Source: Rebecca billardiae RCC1528 (Eukaryota; Protista; Haptophyta). From it: a stretch of DNA of 64,000 bases. The position numbers were made by a program, and so were the translations under genes. Shown piece after piece: positions 34,036-45,444 of the stretch. The first letter of the stretch is position 1; the number at the start of each line of letters is the position of its first letter. The stretch covers positions 3,410,001 to 3,474,000 of the forward strand of contig OZ251227.1 of NCBI GenBank assembly GCA_965240325.2, read 5' to 3'. The notes under the pieces were generated by a model. That model made no database searches. It was given only the letters and a program-made list of their open reading frames with translations, and was not told the origin of the DNA.

Positions 34036-35726
34036 TCACGACGAAGCGGTATTCGTCGTCGTCACGGCCATGGCGCCTGCGCGCCGTCGCCGTCGCCGCC
34101 GCGGTCGTCCCCGCCGGGCGGCCGGGGAGACGACTGCTGCTGGTCCGCGGTCGTCCGCATGCTGGGCCGCGTCGCGTCCGCGTGCGGGCGATGATACGCG
34201 CGCGGTCACGGCGCTGTGCCGGTCACGCCCCGGGGCCTCCACGGCCAGCGGCGGCAGCCCGCCCACGCGCTCGGGAGGCAGCGTGGTCTGAAAGAGAGGA
34301 CAGTTTCGGCAGCCAAGCGTTGACCCAGGCGGGACACGCGCCGCCGTGCTGGTGCCGAGCGCGGCCGAGACCAAGCCGCACGAGTGCACGCCGCCGTCCG
34401 CCTCGACAAACAGCGAGTGCCTGCCGCCGACCGCGCACTCGACCACGCACCCGTGCGCGAGAGGCCCCTGCGCACGCGCGGCCACCCAGTCCGTAGGCTG
34501 CGACGGCGCCTCGAGCAGGCAAAGGTGCGAGCGCACGGCGCGTCCGAGCGCGTGCACGTCGCCGTCCGCGCCCAGCACGGCGCCCAGGCATGCACGGCCA
34601 GCGACGCCGCGCACGGCGCGCACGCCCGCGAGCGCCTCGATGCGCCTCGGGGCGTGCGTCACTTGGCCGAGGCCGTCCCACGCCGCGGCGTCCCCGCAAA
34701 AGTGCACGGCTCCCGCCGTGTCCACCACCAGGCTGTGGTAGCTGCCTGCGCTCACGTGCACGGCGTGCACGGCCGCGAGCGCCTCGATGCGCCTCGGCGT
34801 GTGCTGGTCCTCCTCGCCGCCGTGGCCGAGCCTGCCATACAGGCCGTCGCCGCACGAGTAGACGGCGCCGTCGGCAGACAGCAGCAGCGTGTGCGCAACG
34901 CCTGCCGCGACGCCGCCCGCGCGCACGCCGCCCAGCGCATCGATGCGCGTCGGCTTCCACCGCTCCTCCGTGTCGCCGTGGCCGAGCTGGCCGTCGGAGT
35001 TGGAGCCCCAGCTGTACGCACGGCCCGCGGCGCTGAGCGCGAGGCTGCCGCAACGCACACGGCGGGCTCACCGCGCAGCGTATGGGCGCGCGCAAAGTGG
35101 CGCCGTGGCCGATCGTTGCCCAGGCCTAGCTGGCCGCGCTCGTTCTCGCCGCAGCCGTACACGGCGCCGGCGTCGCTCAGCGCGAGCAGGTGGGCCGCAC
35201 CCGCAGCCACCGCGCGCACGCGCACCGCCGAGAGCGAGCCGACGCGCTCGGGCAAGTCCACAGCGTCCCGGTTCCCACGGCCTAGCGCCATGTGCGCCCG
35301 GCGGGTCCCCGTCTGCATCCACGTAGACTCCTCGCCGCACGTGTGCAGCCCGCCCTCCGCATCCACAAACGCGCTGAACCCCTCCCCGCACGCGACGACG
35401 GCCGAGTGCGCGCGCGCGCGCGCGTGCACGCGCTCGCGTGCGAAGAGCTCCTCCGTCCAGGTGCGCACGTCGCGGGGCAGCGCCGCCGGAAGTGCGCGAG
35501 CGTGCCCGCGCGCGCGAGCGCGCGCGCGCAGCGCGTGCTCGACCGGAGAGCGCTCGCCCGGCGCGCCGCGGAAGAGGCGCGCCGCGGCGTTGGCGGCGGA
35601 GAGGTCACGTGGCCGGTCGAGCATCGAGACGATGCGCTCGACGACCTCCACGGGCAGCTCGGCCAGCGCGCAGCCGGACGACGAGGGCGCAGGCGCCGTC
35701 GGGGCGAGCGGCTCGGAGAGCGCCAT
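34036..35726 (-). pseudogene. F-box + RCC1-repeat (UVR8/HERC-like) gene with a frameshift near 35050
   Basis: LAELPVEVVERIVSML (F-box). RCC1 blades (GAVYGCGENERGQLGLG; GRAYSWGSNSDGQLGHG; GAVYSCGDGLYGRLGHG) lie in two frames. The expected VAAGxxH motif is truncated at the junction and no intron is evident. Confidence 0.65.
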
Positions 35727-37645
35727 CGGCGTGGCGAGAGGTGTGGCGGAGCGACGACGGTTGGCCACCGCAAGGGAGTCGGCACCGCGCGCTGCCGCGC
35801 TCCGCCGACAGCCGTCGCAAGGGAGGGTGCTTCCGCCACCGGCCGACCGCATTGAGAATGTCCGGGCCGCGAGTATGGCCGAGGATGCCCGGGCTGAGCA
35901 CGGGCGCGACACGAGCGCGACGCGAGATGGCACCTCCGCGCGTCTCCTCACGCGGAGAAGCACGCATACGTATTGCAGCCCATCGCCACGCACCTCCTGC
36001 GATGCCTCGTGCGTGTCGTGCCGCGCATCGCCCGCGTGGGCGCAGCACAGTCGGAGCGCGTGCGCGGGCCGCGACCAGTCCACCGATCAGATGCGCTGGT
36101 GAGGGCGCACGCACGGGCCAGGTATGCGTCACGCGCGGGCAGCCGGCGCTCGCGCGCCAAGCGGTCTCCCAGTTGCGCGCACGCGCCGCGCGAAGCGATC
36201 CGAGTCGTCGCCCATGCGCGCGCATCGGCATCTCGGCTGATTGCGCGTGTGGGCGCTCACGGCGATGCGCGCGGACACAGGCGCCGTCGGGCAGTACGCG
36301 ACGGCTCTCGCGCGCACCCTACGCGAGCATAACACGCCGTGCACGCCGGCCGCTCGGGTGGACCGCGCAGCGCCGCGCAAGCGGAGAGCGGTGCGGCCGC
36401 GCGGGAGGCGAATCGGCAGGGCGCGCGGCGGACGGCTCGTCGGGTGCGCGCGCGCGCTCGCGACGACAAGGGCGAGCGCGCCTAGCCCTGCGCCGATGGC
36501 GGGCTGGCGGGATGAGCGCCGCCGCACGGCGGCGCGGTCTCGGCGCGAGGCATCTTGGCGGGGTAGCGCGAGCCGCCAGGAGCGGATGGCGCCATTCGCG
36601 GATTCCGCGCCCCGAGCCGCGGGGTATGTACTGATGTTCGGCCTGAACGGGAAATACGTTGATTATCAGGCCGGCCGAGGAATCCGAAGTCATTCAGAAG
36701 CCAGACGCCACGAGTGGCGGTCTAGGTGGTTCACCGTGGTTGCGCCTCTCGTGCGGATGCGCGCGCGCCGATTGGGCGCTTTGATTGTCCGCTTACCGCC
36801 GGCGCATCTGGAAGAGCCTCGGATTCCGCCGCGCCCGCTGTGCGAAGGGGAGCCAAAGGCACCGGCCCACGCTCGCGCGAATTCGCGAGAAGTCGTCGGA
36901 TTTCGCTTTTTTTTGCGGCCTCGGGCCGCGCGGAATTCACGCCGACGGCGCGCTCGCGCCCGGGGCGCCTCGCCGCCCGGCCGTACAGCATCGCGCCGGC
37001 CGTGGGCTGGCGCACGGCGCTCGCTCGCGCGCAAGCGGCGCGCGGGCGGGGCCGAGGGGCGCTCGCGGGCGCGGCCAGCCGTGCGGGTCCGCGCCTCGCC
37101 GCGCGAGCGCCGCCGCTCGAGTAGCGCTTTCTCCGCGCCGCCGCGCGCCGGAGCCATCACTCACACCCAGTGTCCGACCGATGCGAATCGCTCGCGGCGC
37201 GCGACGAGCACGCGTGGCCGCACGCGCGCGGCCGTCGGGCTGGCGCGAGCGAGGGCGCGACGATGTGCGCGGCGGTGGGCTCGAGCCGCGCGGGCCGCGC
37301 CGCTGCGCCCGCGGCGCTCGCCACGGCGCCGCCAGCGTACTTGCGCCGCCCCGCCGCCGGGCCGGACCGATTGTGCTGGCCGCCGAGGCCCCCCGCGCGG
37401 AGTCTTTCGGGCGAGGGCCGCCCCGCTCTCCGGATAAGAAATTGCAATTCCTCGCGCGCGCATCATCCGTTTCGGCGCGAAGATGAGGGCGAACGTGCGG
37501 TGTGCGGTGCAAAGCCATCAAGCGGCGGCGGCCGGTCCCTCGCGACCAACGACCGTCTCGTCAGCACCGCACGGCACGGCAAAACATCGCGTCTCGGTCG
37601 CGCGCCGCCGCATCTCCGCACGACTCGCCGTCCCCGCGCGCGACG

Positions 37646-40600
37646 ATGACGGACTCGTACGCCGACCTCTCGCCGCTGCGCGTGCTCTACTCGGAGGCGC
37701 AGCTCGCGCACCTCACCGCGCTGATGGGCCTGCCGCCGCCCGCCCCCTCCAGCCCGCGCGACGCGTACCTCGCCGCGCTCGGCGCGCTCGACCTGCACGC
37801 GCACATCAAGCCGCTCGCCGCCGCGCGCTTCCAGATCGAGTCGGAGTCGGACGTGGACGGCGACGCGGCGTACGCCGCGGCGTGGCTCGCGGAGATCTAC
37901 AAGCGCGACGCGAAGGCGAAGGACAACCAGCGCTTCCAGCTCGCGCTGCTCAAGGTGCGCCAGGCCGTGGGCGGGCTGGCGATGCAAGTGCGCGAGGTCG
38001 CGGGCAACGGCCTCTACCCGGACGTGGCGGCGGCGGCGCTCGGCGCGGCGGCGCCGCCGGCGGTGGCGCGCAAGCCGAGCGGCGCGCAGGCCACCAACGC
38101 CGACGCCGGCTCGGCGCCCGACTCGCCGCGCTCGCTCGCCGACACGTGCGAGCAGCCGCGCACGCCCGCGCCGCCCGCGCGCGCCTTGCCGCTCGGCAAG
38201 GCCGCCGACGAGGCGGCGGAGGAGGAGGAGGAGGAGGAGGAGGAGGAGGAGGGCGCCGCGGAGTCGGAGGGGTACGAGTCGGCGGAGCAGCCGCCGCGCG
38301 CCGCCGAGGGCGCGCGCTCCGACGAGGACGAGGACGAGGAGGCCGCCGCCGCGGTCGCGGAGGCGGAGGCGGCGGCCGCGGCGGCGCCGACCCAGCCGGC
38401 CGTGGCGGAGGGCGCGGCGGCGGAGGCGTTCGAGGAGGCCCTGTCCGAGGCGGAGGGCTCGGCCTCGTCGGGCCCGGCCTCGCCGCGCTCGCCGCACCAC
38501 CACGCCGCCGCCGTCCACCACCACCACCACCCGCCGCTCGCGCGCGGCCCGTCGCGGCCGGAGTCGGTCGGCTCGGCGGAGGCGGAGGCGGAGGCGGAGG
38601 CGGAGGCGGAGGCGGAGGAGCTGAGCGCGGCGTCGTCGTCGCCGCGCCTCAGCTCGCGCTCGGCCACGCCAGAGTCGGTGGGCGCGGCGGAGGAGGCGGC
38701 GGCGGCCGTCGCACACGGCGAGTACGCGCACGAAGTGCACGAGGAGGAGGAGGAGGAGGAGGAGGAGGAGGGCGAGGAGCGCGCCTCGTCCGTCGGCGAG
38801 GACGAGGCGGCGTCGGTGCGCTCGGCCTCGTCGGGCGCGCGCAGCTCGACGCGCAGCGCGTCGGCCGCGCCGTCGGTGGCGGGCGAGGTGGGCGCCGCCG
38901 CCCAGCTGCCGCTGCCGCGCAGCGCCGCGTCGTCGCACCGCGGCTCTCGCGCGCCGTCCGAGGCGGCGGCGCCGCCGTCGGCGCCGGCGTCGCACCGCAG
39001 CTCGCGCGCGCCGTCGGCTGCGCCGTCGGTACCGCCCTCGCCCAAGCCGCAGTCGAGCGCGGCGCACTCGCACCGCAGCTCGCGCGCGCCCTCCGAGGCG
39101 GCGCGCTCGGTGCCGCCCTCGCCGCAGCCGCGCTCGGCGGCCAGCTCGGCGCTCGGCTCGCGCCAGCCATCGCGCGCCCCGTCGGAGGCGGCGCCGTCCG
39201 TGCCGGCGTCGCACCTCAGCTCGCGCTCAGCCACGCTCCAGCCTGAGGAGCCCGCCGCCGCCGACGGCGCCGCGTCGGTGCGCTCGGCCGCGTCGGCCGC
39301 GGCGGCGGCGCGCTCGGCCGCGGGCTCGCACCGCTCGTCGGCCGCGCCGTCGCGCGCGTCGCCCGCCGCGTCGGCGGCGCCGTCCAAGCTGAGCTCGCGC
39401 TCGGCGACGCCGGCGGCGGAGGGCCTCTCGGTGCCGGCGTCGCCGCGCACGCCGATGCACGCGCCCGCGCTCGGCGGCCCGTCCGCGCCGCCCTCCGAGT
39501 TTGAGTTCGACGCGGACGCGCACGCCAAGCCGGCGCACTCGCACTCGGCGCACCCGTCCGCGCCGCCCTCCGCGCCGCGCTCGGCGCACAGCTCGGCCTC
39601 GCCCTCGTCCTTTGACGGCGACATGAGCCACCTCGCGCCGCCCGTCTCGGGGATGCACACGGCGGCGGGCACGCCCGCGCCGAGCGCGGCGCACACGCCC
39701 GCGTCGCGCGCGGCGGCCGACGTGCCGCGCGACGTCTCGCAGCTGCAGCTGCCGTCCGCGGCGGCGGCCTCATCCAAGCCCAGCTCGCGCGCGCCGTCCG
39801 AGGCGGCGGCGGCGCGCTCGCACCGCAGCTCGCGCTCGGCGACGCCGCGCGCCACGCCCGCGCCGTCGGAGGCGGGCGAGCTGCAGCCGCCGTCGGTGCC
39901 GCCCTCGCCGCAGCCGCAGTCGAGCGCGGCGCACTCGCACCGCAGCTCGCGCGCGCCCTCCGAGGCGGCGCACTCGGTGCCGCCCTCGCCGCAGCCGCGC
40001 TCGGCGGCGAGCTCGGCGCTCGGCTCGCGCCAGCCATCGCACGCGCTGTCGGCGCGCGGCGCGGACGACGGCGCGTCGGAGGCGGGCTCGGAGGCGTCGT
40101 CGCACGCACCGTCGTCGCGCGGCTCGTCGCAGAGCTACGCCTCGGCCGACTCGGCCGGCGCCGCGTCCGTGCCCTCCCGCTCCAAGCTCGTGCCGCCGGC
40201 CGTGCGCGTGACGGTGTCCGTGCCGAGCTCGCGAGGCTCCTCCGGCGCGCCGTCCGCGCGCTCGTCGCGCGCCGCGTCCGTCGCGGACGGCTCGGCGCCG
40301 GGCTCGCCCGCGCACGCGGGGGGCTCCGGCGCGGGCTCAAGGCTCAGCTCGCGCACGCTCACGCCCGCGCCGTCTGAGGCGGGCGACGCGGCCGCACCGC
40401 GCTGGCCGGCGGACGGCTCGGCGGCGGCCTCGTCCAAGCCCAGCTCGCGCGCGCCGTCCGAGGCGGCGGCGGCGCGCTCGCACCGCAGCTCGCGCTCGGC
40501 CACGCCGCGCGCCACGCCCGCGCCATCCGAGGCGGGCGACGCGGAGGCGCCGCGCTCGCCCTCGGTCGCGCGCTCGCACCGCAGCTCGCGCGCGCCCTCC

Positions 40601-41212
40601 GAGGCGGCGCACTCGAAGCGCAGCTCGCGCTCGGCCACGCCGCGTGCCACGCCCGCGCCGTCCGAGGCGGGCGAGCTGCAGCCGCCGTCGATGCCGCCCT
40701 CGCCCAAGCCGCAGTCGAGCGCGGCGCACTCGCACCGCAGCTCGCGCGCGCCCTCCGAGGCGGCGCACTCGGTGCCGCCCTCGCCGCAGCCGCGCTCGGC
40801 GGCCAGCTCGGCGCTCGGCTCGCGCCAGCCATCGCGCGCGCCGTCGGAGGCGGCGCCGTCCGTGCCGGCGTCGCACCGCAGCTCCCGTGCCCCGTCCGAG
40901 GCTGCGGCACCGCCGTCGGTGCCCGCGTCGCACCGCAGCTCGCGCGCGCCGTCCGAGGCGGCGCACTCGACGCCGCCCTCGGCCGCGGGCTCGCGGCTCG
41001 GCTCGCGCGCGCCCACGCCCGCTGCGTCGGAGGCGGCGGCGCCCGCCTCGCCCAAGCCGGCGCCGCCGCCGCCGAGGCGGATGTCGCTCACCGTGCCGCC
41101 GCCCGCGCTCACGCCTCGCTCGCTCACGCCGCCGGCGGGCGTGTCCGCGCGCCGCGCCACCGGCGAGTCAACCGCGCCGCCGTCGCCGCGGTCGGTGGCG
41201 ACAGTCGGCTGA
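37646..41212 (+). CDS. Large Ser/Ala/Pro/Arg-rich repetitive hypothetical protein with small globular N-terminus
   Basis: About 1190 aa open frame; ordered N-terminal ~130 aa, poly-E tracts, recurrent SHRSSRAPSEAA and VPPSPQPRSAASSALGSRQPS modules. Confidence 0.7.
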   Translation: MTDSYADLSPLRVLYSEAQLAHLTALMGLPPPAPSSPRDAYLAALGALDLHAHIKPLAAARFQIESESDVDGDAAYAAAWLAEIYKRDAKAKDNQRFQLALLKVRQAVGGLAMQVREVAGNGLYPDVAAAALGAAAPPAVARKPSGAQATNADAGSAPDSPRSLADTCEQPRTPAPPARALPLGKAADEAAEEEEEEEEEEEGAAESEGYESAEQPPRAAEGARSDEDEDEEAAAAVAEAEAAAAAAPTQPAVAEGAAAEAFEEALSEAEGSASSGPASPRSPHHHAAAVHHHHHPPLARGPSRPESVGSAEAEAEAEAEAEAEELSAASSSPRLSSRSATPESVGAAEEAAAAVAHGEYAHEVHEEEEEEEEEEGEERASSVGEDEAASVRSASSGARSSTRSASAAPSVAGEVGAAAQLPLPRSAASSHRGSRAPSEAAAPPSAPASHRSSRAPSAAPSVPPSPKPQSSAAHSHRSSRAPSEAARSVPPSPQPRSAASSALGSRQPSRAPSEAAPSVPASHLSSRSATLQPEEPAAADGAASVRSAASAAAAARSAAGSHRSSAAPSRASPAASAAPSKLSSRSATPAAEGLSVPASPRTPMHAPALGGPSAPPSEFEFDADAHAKPAHSHSAHPSAPPSAPRSAHSSASPSSFDGDMSHLAPPVSGMHTAAGTPAPSAAHTPASRAAADVPRDVSQLQLPSAAAASSKPSSRAPSEAAAARSHRSSRSATPRATPAPSEAGELQPPSVPPSPQPQSSAAHSHRSSRAPSEAAHSVPPSPQPRSAASSALGSRQPSHALSARGADDGASEAGSEASSHAPSSRGSSQSYASADSAGAASVPSRSKLVPPAVRVTVSVPSSRGSSGAPSARSSRAASVADGSAPGSPAHAGGSGAGSRLSSRTLTPAPSEAGDAAAPRWPADGSAAASSKPSSRAPSEAAAARSHRSSRSATPRATPAPSEAGDAEAPRSPSVARSHRSSRAPSEAAHSKRSSRSATPRATPAPSEAGELQPPSMPPSPKPQSSAAHSHRSSRAPSEAAHSVPPSPQPRSAASSALGSRQPSRAPSEAAPSVPASHRSSRAPSEAAAPPSVPASHRSSRAPSEAAHSTPPSAAGSRLGSRAPTPAASEAAAPASPKPAPPPPRRMSLTVPPPALTPRSLTPPAGVSARRATGESTAPPSPRSVATVG

Positions 41213-42750
41213 GCGCGCGCCCGCCGAGCGCGCGACGGCAGCGCCCCCCCGTGCAACCGCATCGGCATCCGCCCTAGCCCCCTCTCCGCGCACTCGACCT
41301 GCACTCGCATGTTCTCCCCCACGTTCCAGCCCTCGCCGTGCGCACAGCCGTGATGGTCTCGCCTATTCGCGGCGGCGCGCCTCGCCACCTCGCCGCCCCG
41401 GCCGTTGTCGTCGCTCGTGCAGTGCGGCTGCCACCGGCGCGCGCAGTGACGCACCCGCGGCAGCCGCAGCCGAGCAGCACACCACGGCACCCAGGATGCA
41501 CGGCACTCTACTCCGCGCACACCCAGCAGCAGCAGCAGCAGCAGCATAGCAGCGCTCGGCGTGTACATCACCCGACGGCGACTAGGCCCCGCAAGCCGCA
41601 GCCACCGACGGCTGCGCTCTTCGCATGACAGTACGCGCGATGTTATTGCTCGCGTCACTATGCGCCTTCCGATCGATCGATATAATATACGACATGCCGC
41701 GCCTCGAGTTCCGCCGGTTCACTCACGCCGCGTGAGCGACGTGATGACGACGTGAGGCGGGCGCTCGTCGCGCCTTCGCGGCCTTGTCGCCAGTGTCCCG
41801 CCCGCCGGCCCGGGCGCCGCCGCCAGTATAATCGCGGTATATATCGTAGTCGCGTCGCGTACTCGCGTCATATATATGTGGCGCGTTATATAGCGCAGCT
41901 ATAATAACCGACGACTACTAACCGAGTGTGTCCGGAGGCTAGAAGGTGAGGCGATGCAGTAGGCGTGCTGCCGCTTGCGACCAAGGGCTTATAATAATCC
42001 GCCATCATCTGCTGCGAGTGCGCGTGATCCTGCAGGTCAAGGTGGTGACTGCTGCTGATACCCGATGGTGCCGGCGGCTCACGTTTCCGAGTACTTGCTG
42101 CTGGCCACCCATGACTCGGCCGACCCTTCACGCGGCAACAGACAACACCAGGGAGTATATGTTTGCTGACAAGATCTTTTATTACTATATCATCAGCATG
42201 ATGTGCTATTATTATACGTTCTTCATCACCACTCATGGCAGCACCTCCTTTATTTATGGCCTGGCCTGTCCAACTCTTCTATACGGCGCTCGCTCGTGTC
42301 TATTTATTTGGCGGCTCTCGAGATAGCATGTGCTGAGATTGATGATCTCTTTAGGGAGCTGTTCTCCATGATCTCCATCAGCATCCAGGCAGCTTCTCAT
42401 TCGCCAAGCAAGCGGCCAGCCCCAAGCTCATTATCGTTGTGGCCGCTTCTAGTAACTACGACCTGCTATCGAGCCGAACCACTTGGGCATCCTCGGGCCC
42501 CCTGCTCATCCGCGCAGCAAAGCACAAAGAGGATCCATCGCCTCCAGTCGTGCTTCTTTGCGCGAAACGCGCACCATCCGCCCCTGCAGCCTCCGTATCT
42601 CAGTTGTCTGCGCTTGTCAGGGACCTGCAGTCTGTGCGGCGCGTTCAGCCCGGAACATAATCCCAACCAATCGAGTATACATCATCGGCGGCATATCTAT
42701 AGGCGATGCTACTTGGATTACAGCTTCGCTCTTCATGCATTGGAGGACAC

Positions 42751-42798
42751 TACATATATATATATATATATATCTATATCTATATCTATATCTATATC

Positions 42799-42845
<47 letters not shown>

Positions 42846-42850
42846 ATATT
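42751..42850. repeat. Compound microsatellite (TA)n-(TATATC)n-(TG)n-(TATG)n
   Basis: Seen directly. Confidence 0.9.
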
Positions 42851-43114
42851 CGATTGCGTCGTAGTATAGACTAACTACGACGGCGCAGCAGTAGCAGTAG
42901 AGTCGTCGTATACGATATCGATGATGATGACTACGATATATATATTGACTGCTATATACGCATATATATATATATATAGTGACTTCGCGACGACGCGATG
43001 ACCGGCGGATCGCGCGTATATATATATATATTGTCGTCGTCGACTGACCGGACGCGCGATGATATGATCGATATATATCGATATATATGTATATTATAAA
43101 TATACTAGCAGTTA

Positions 43115-44632
43115 CCAGGTCGTTCCCCCTGCACTGGGAATCCGCGGTTTCGCACTATTCAGAGCGCGAGGCCGCGGCATAGCAACGCAGATTTAGTCTT
43201 CCGATTGCTCTATCAGACCACTTGAACGATCTAATCGAGCTTTCCAATTAAAAATGACGAAACCAGATCCATCCATTCGAGAAGCCAAATCCCGAGCGCG
43301 GCAAAGCCGTGGAACAGCAGTAATCAGCCTCGTCAGCGATAGTCCGCTCACGAAATCGATGCTCTAGGAATGAGTTCTTCGCGTGCGACCGGAGGCGGGA
43401 GCCCTCGCGGGTGCGAGCACCGATTTCTGACCCGCCGGCCTGCGGCCGGGCGGCGGCGAGTGCGATGCGGGCCAGGGCGCTGCGGGCGCGGATGTGCTCG
43501 CGGAGCCGGCGTGCGTGGACGGGCTGTTGCGGGAGAGTATCTGCCGCCATCCTGCCCCGCGCGTCTTGCGCCACGCCTCTTTCGCCTCGGCTCAGGGCAG
43601 CGCGCACGGCGCGCGCCGCCTCAACTGGCCAGCCTTGCCTGCGCCGCAGCCGACCGCGCGCGCGCCGTGCGCGGCGTGGTCGGGAAGGAACGGGCGCGGC
43701 TGCCGGGCGAGATGACGACATCATGTGCGCACGCCATGCCGCCCCGCCACGCCTTGCCGAGCGTGTCGCCGGTCCGTTTGCACGCCTCTTCGAGTTGTCA
43801 CAAATGGTGTGCGGCACGGCCTCGCGGTCGTGACCCTTGTCGGGACGATCATTGAGACACAGAACAGTGCCAGACGGGCAAGCGGGATACTCTTCCATGA
43901 ATGTTCATCACCGCGTGGTCATGTAGAAGTGCTGGGTGCGACGCTTCCTCGCGCGGATGCACTTTCATCATCTTCTTCGAGCTCAGGTCTGGCTTCAGGC
44001 ACGACTGAAGAAATCAGCACTCGTCAACAGCTGTGCGGATCCGTTATCGTGCCCTTTCGCGGCGCCGCGGGGCGGCATAGCGTGCGCACATGATGTCGTC
44101 ATCTCGCCCGGCAGCACCCCCCGTTCCTTTCCGACCACGCCGCGCACGGCGCGCGCGCGGTTGGCTGCCGGCGCGGCTGTGCTGGCCTCGAGGCGGCGCG
44201 CGCGTGCGCGCTGCCCTGAGCCGCGGCGAAAAGAGGCGTGGCGCGAGACGCGCGGCACAGGAGGGCACCAGATACTCTCCCGCGACAGCCTGTCCACGCA
44301 AGCCGGCTCCGCGAGCACATCCGCGCCCGCAGCGCCGTGCCCCGGGCGCGCCCCGCCAACGGCGCTCGGCCGCCTTCGCCGCTGCCGCCTGCCGCCGAGG
44401 GCAAAAGGTCAAGATTTGGTCGGCCCTCGCCTGCCGAGCCGCCACCGGGGGCTCCCTGCCCTCTATCTCGTTGCGGCTCAATTTTGGGATTGCGAGACCA
44501 GCTCATCGATTGACGCACATCCGCACCCGCGAGACCTGAAAATCTTATTCGCGGGTAGCGACGGGTGCGTCCTCCGGCTGTTTTTCTTGTATGTCCAAAC
44601 CGCGGATTCCCAGTGCAGGGGGAACGACCTGG
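43115..44632. mobile_element. Non-autonomous TIR element (Tc1/mariner-like): perfect 36-bp TIR, TA target duplication, long internal inverted arms
   Basis: ta|CCAGGTCGTTCCCCCTGCACTGGGAATCCGCGGTTT ... exact reverse complement|ta. Internal imperfect inverted repeat ~43475-43747 vs ~44067-44336. Confidence 0.88.
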
Positions 44633-44684
44633 TAAGCACTGCTACTTGGTCGTCAGGCGCGCGGCGCGCGAAATCATCATATCA

Positions 44685-45421
<737 letters not shown>

Positions 45422-45444
45422 AATATATATATATATATATATAT

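Noticed and set aside
35800-37500. Possible gene between the RCC1 pseudogene and the Ser-rich gene
   Set aside because: No frame has recognisable motifs or consistent coding character.
41886-42750. AT-richer ORFs (116-223 aa)
   Set aside because: No domain signal; they run into microsatellites and are probably decayed repeat or intergenic DNA.
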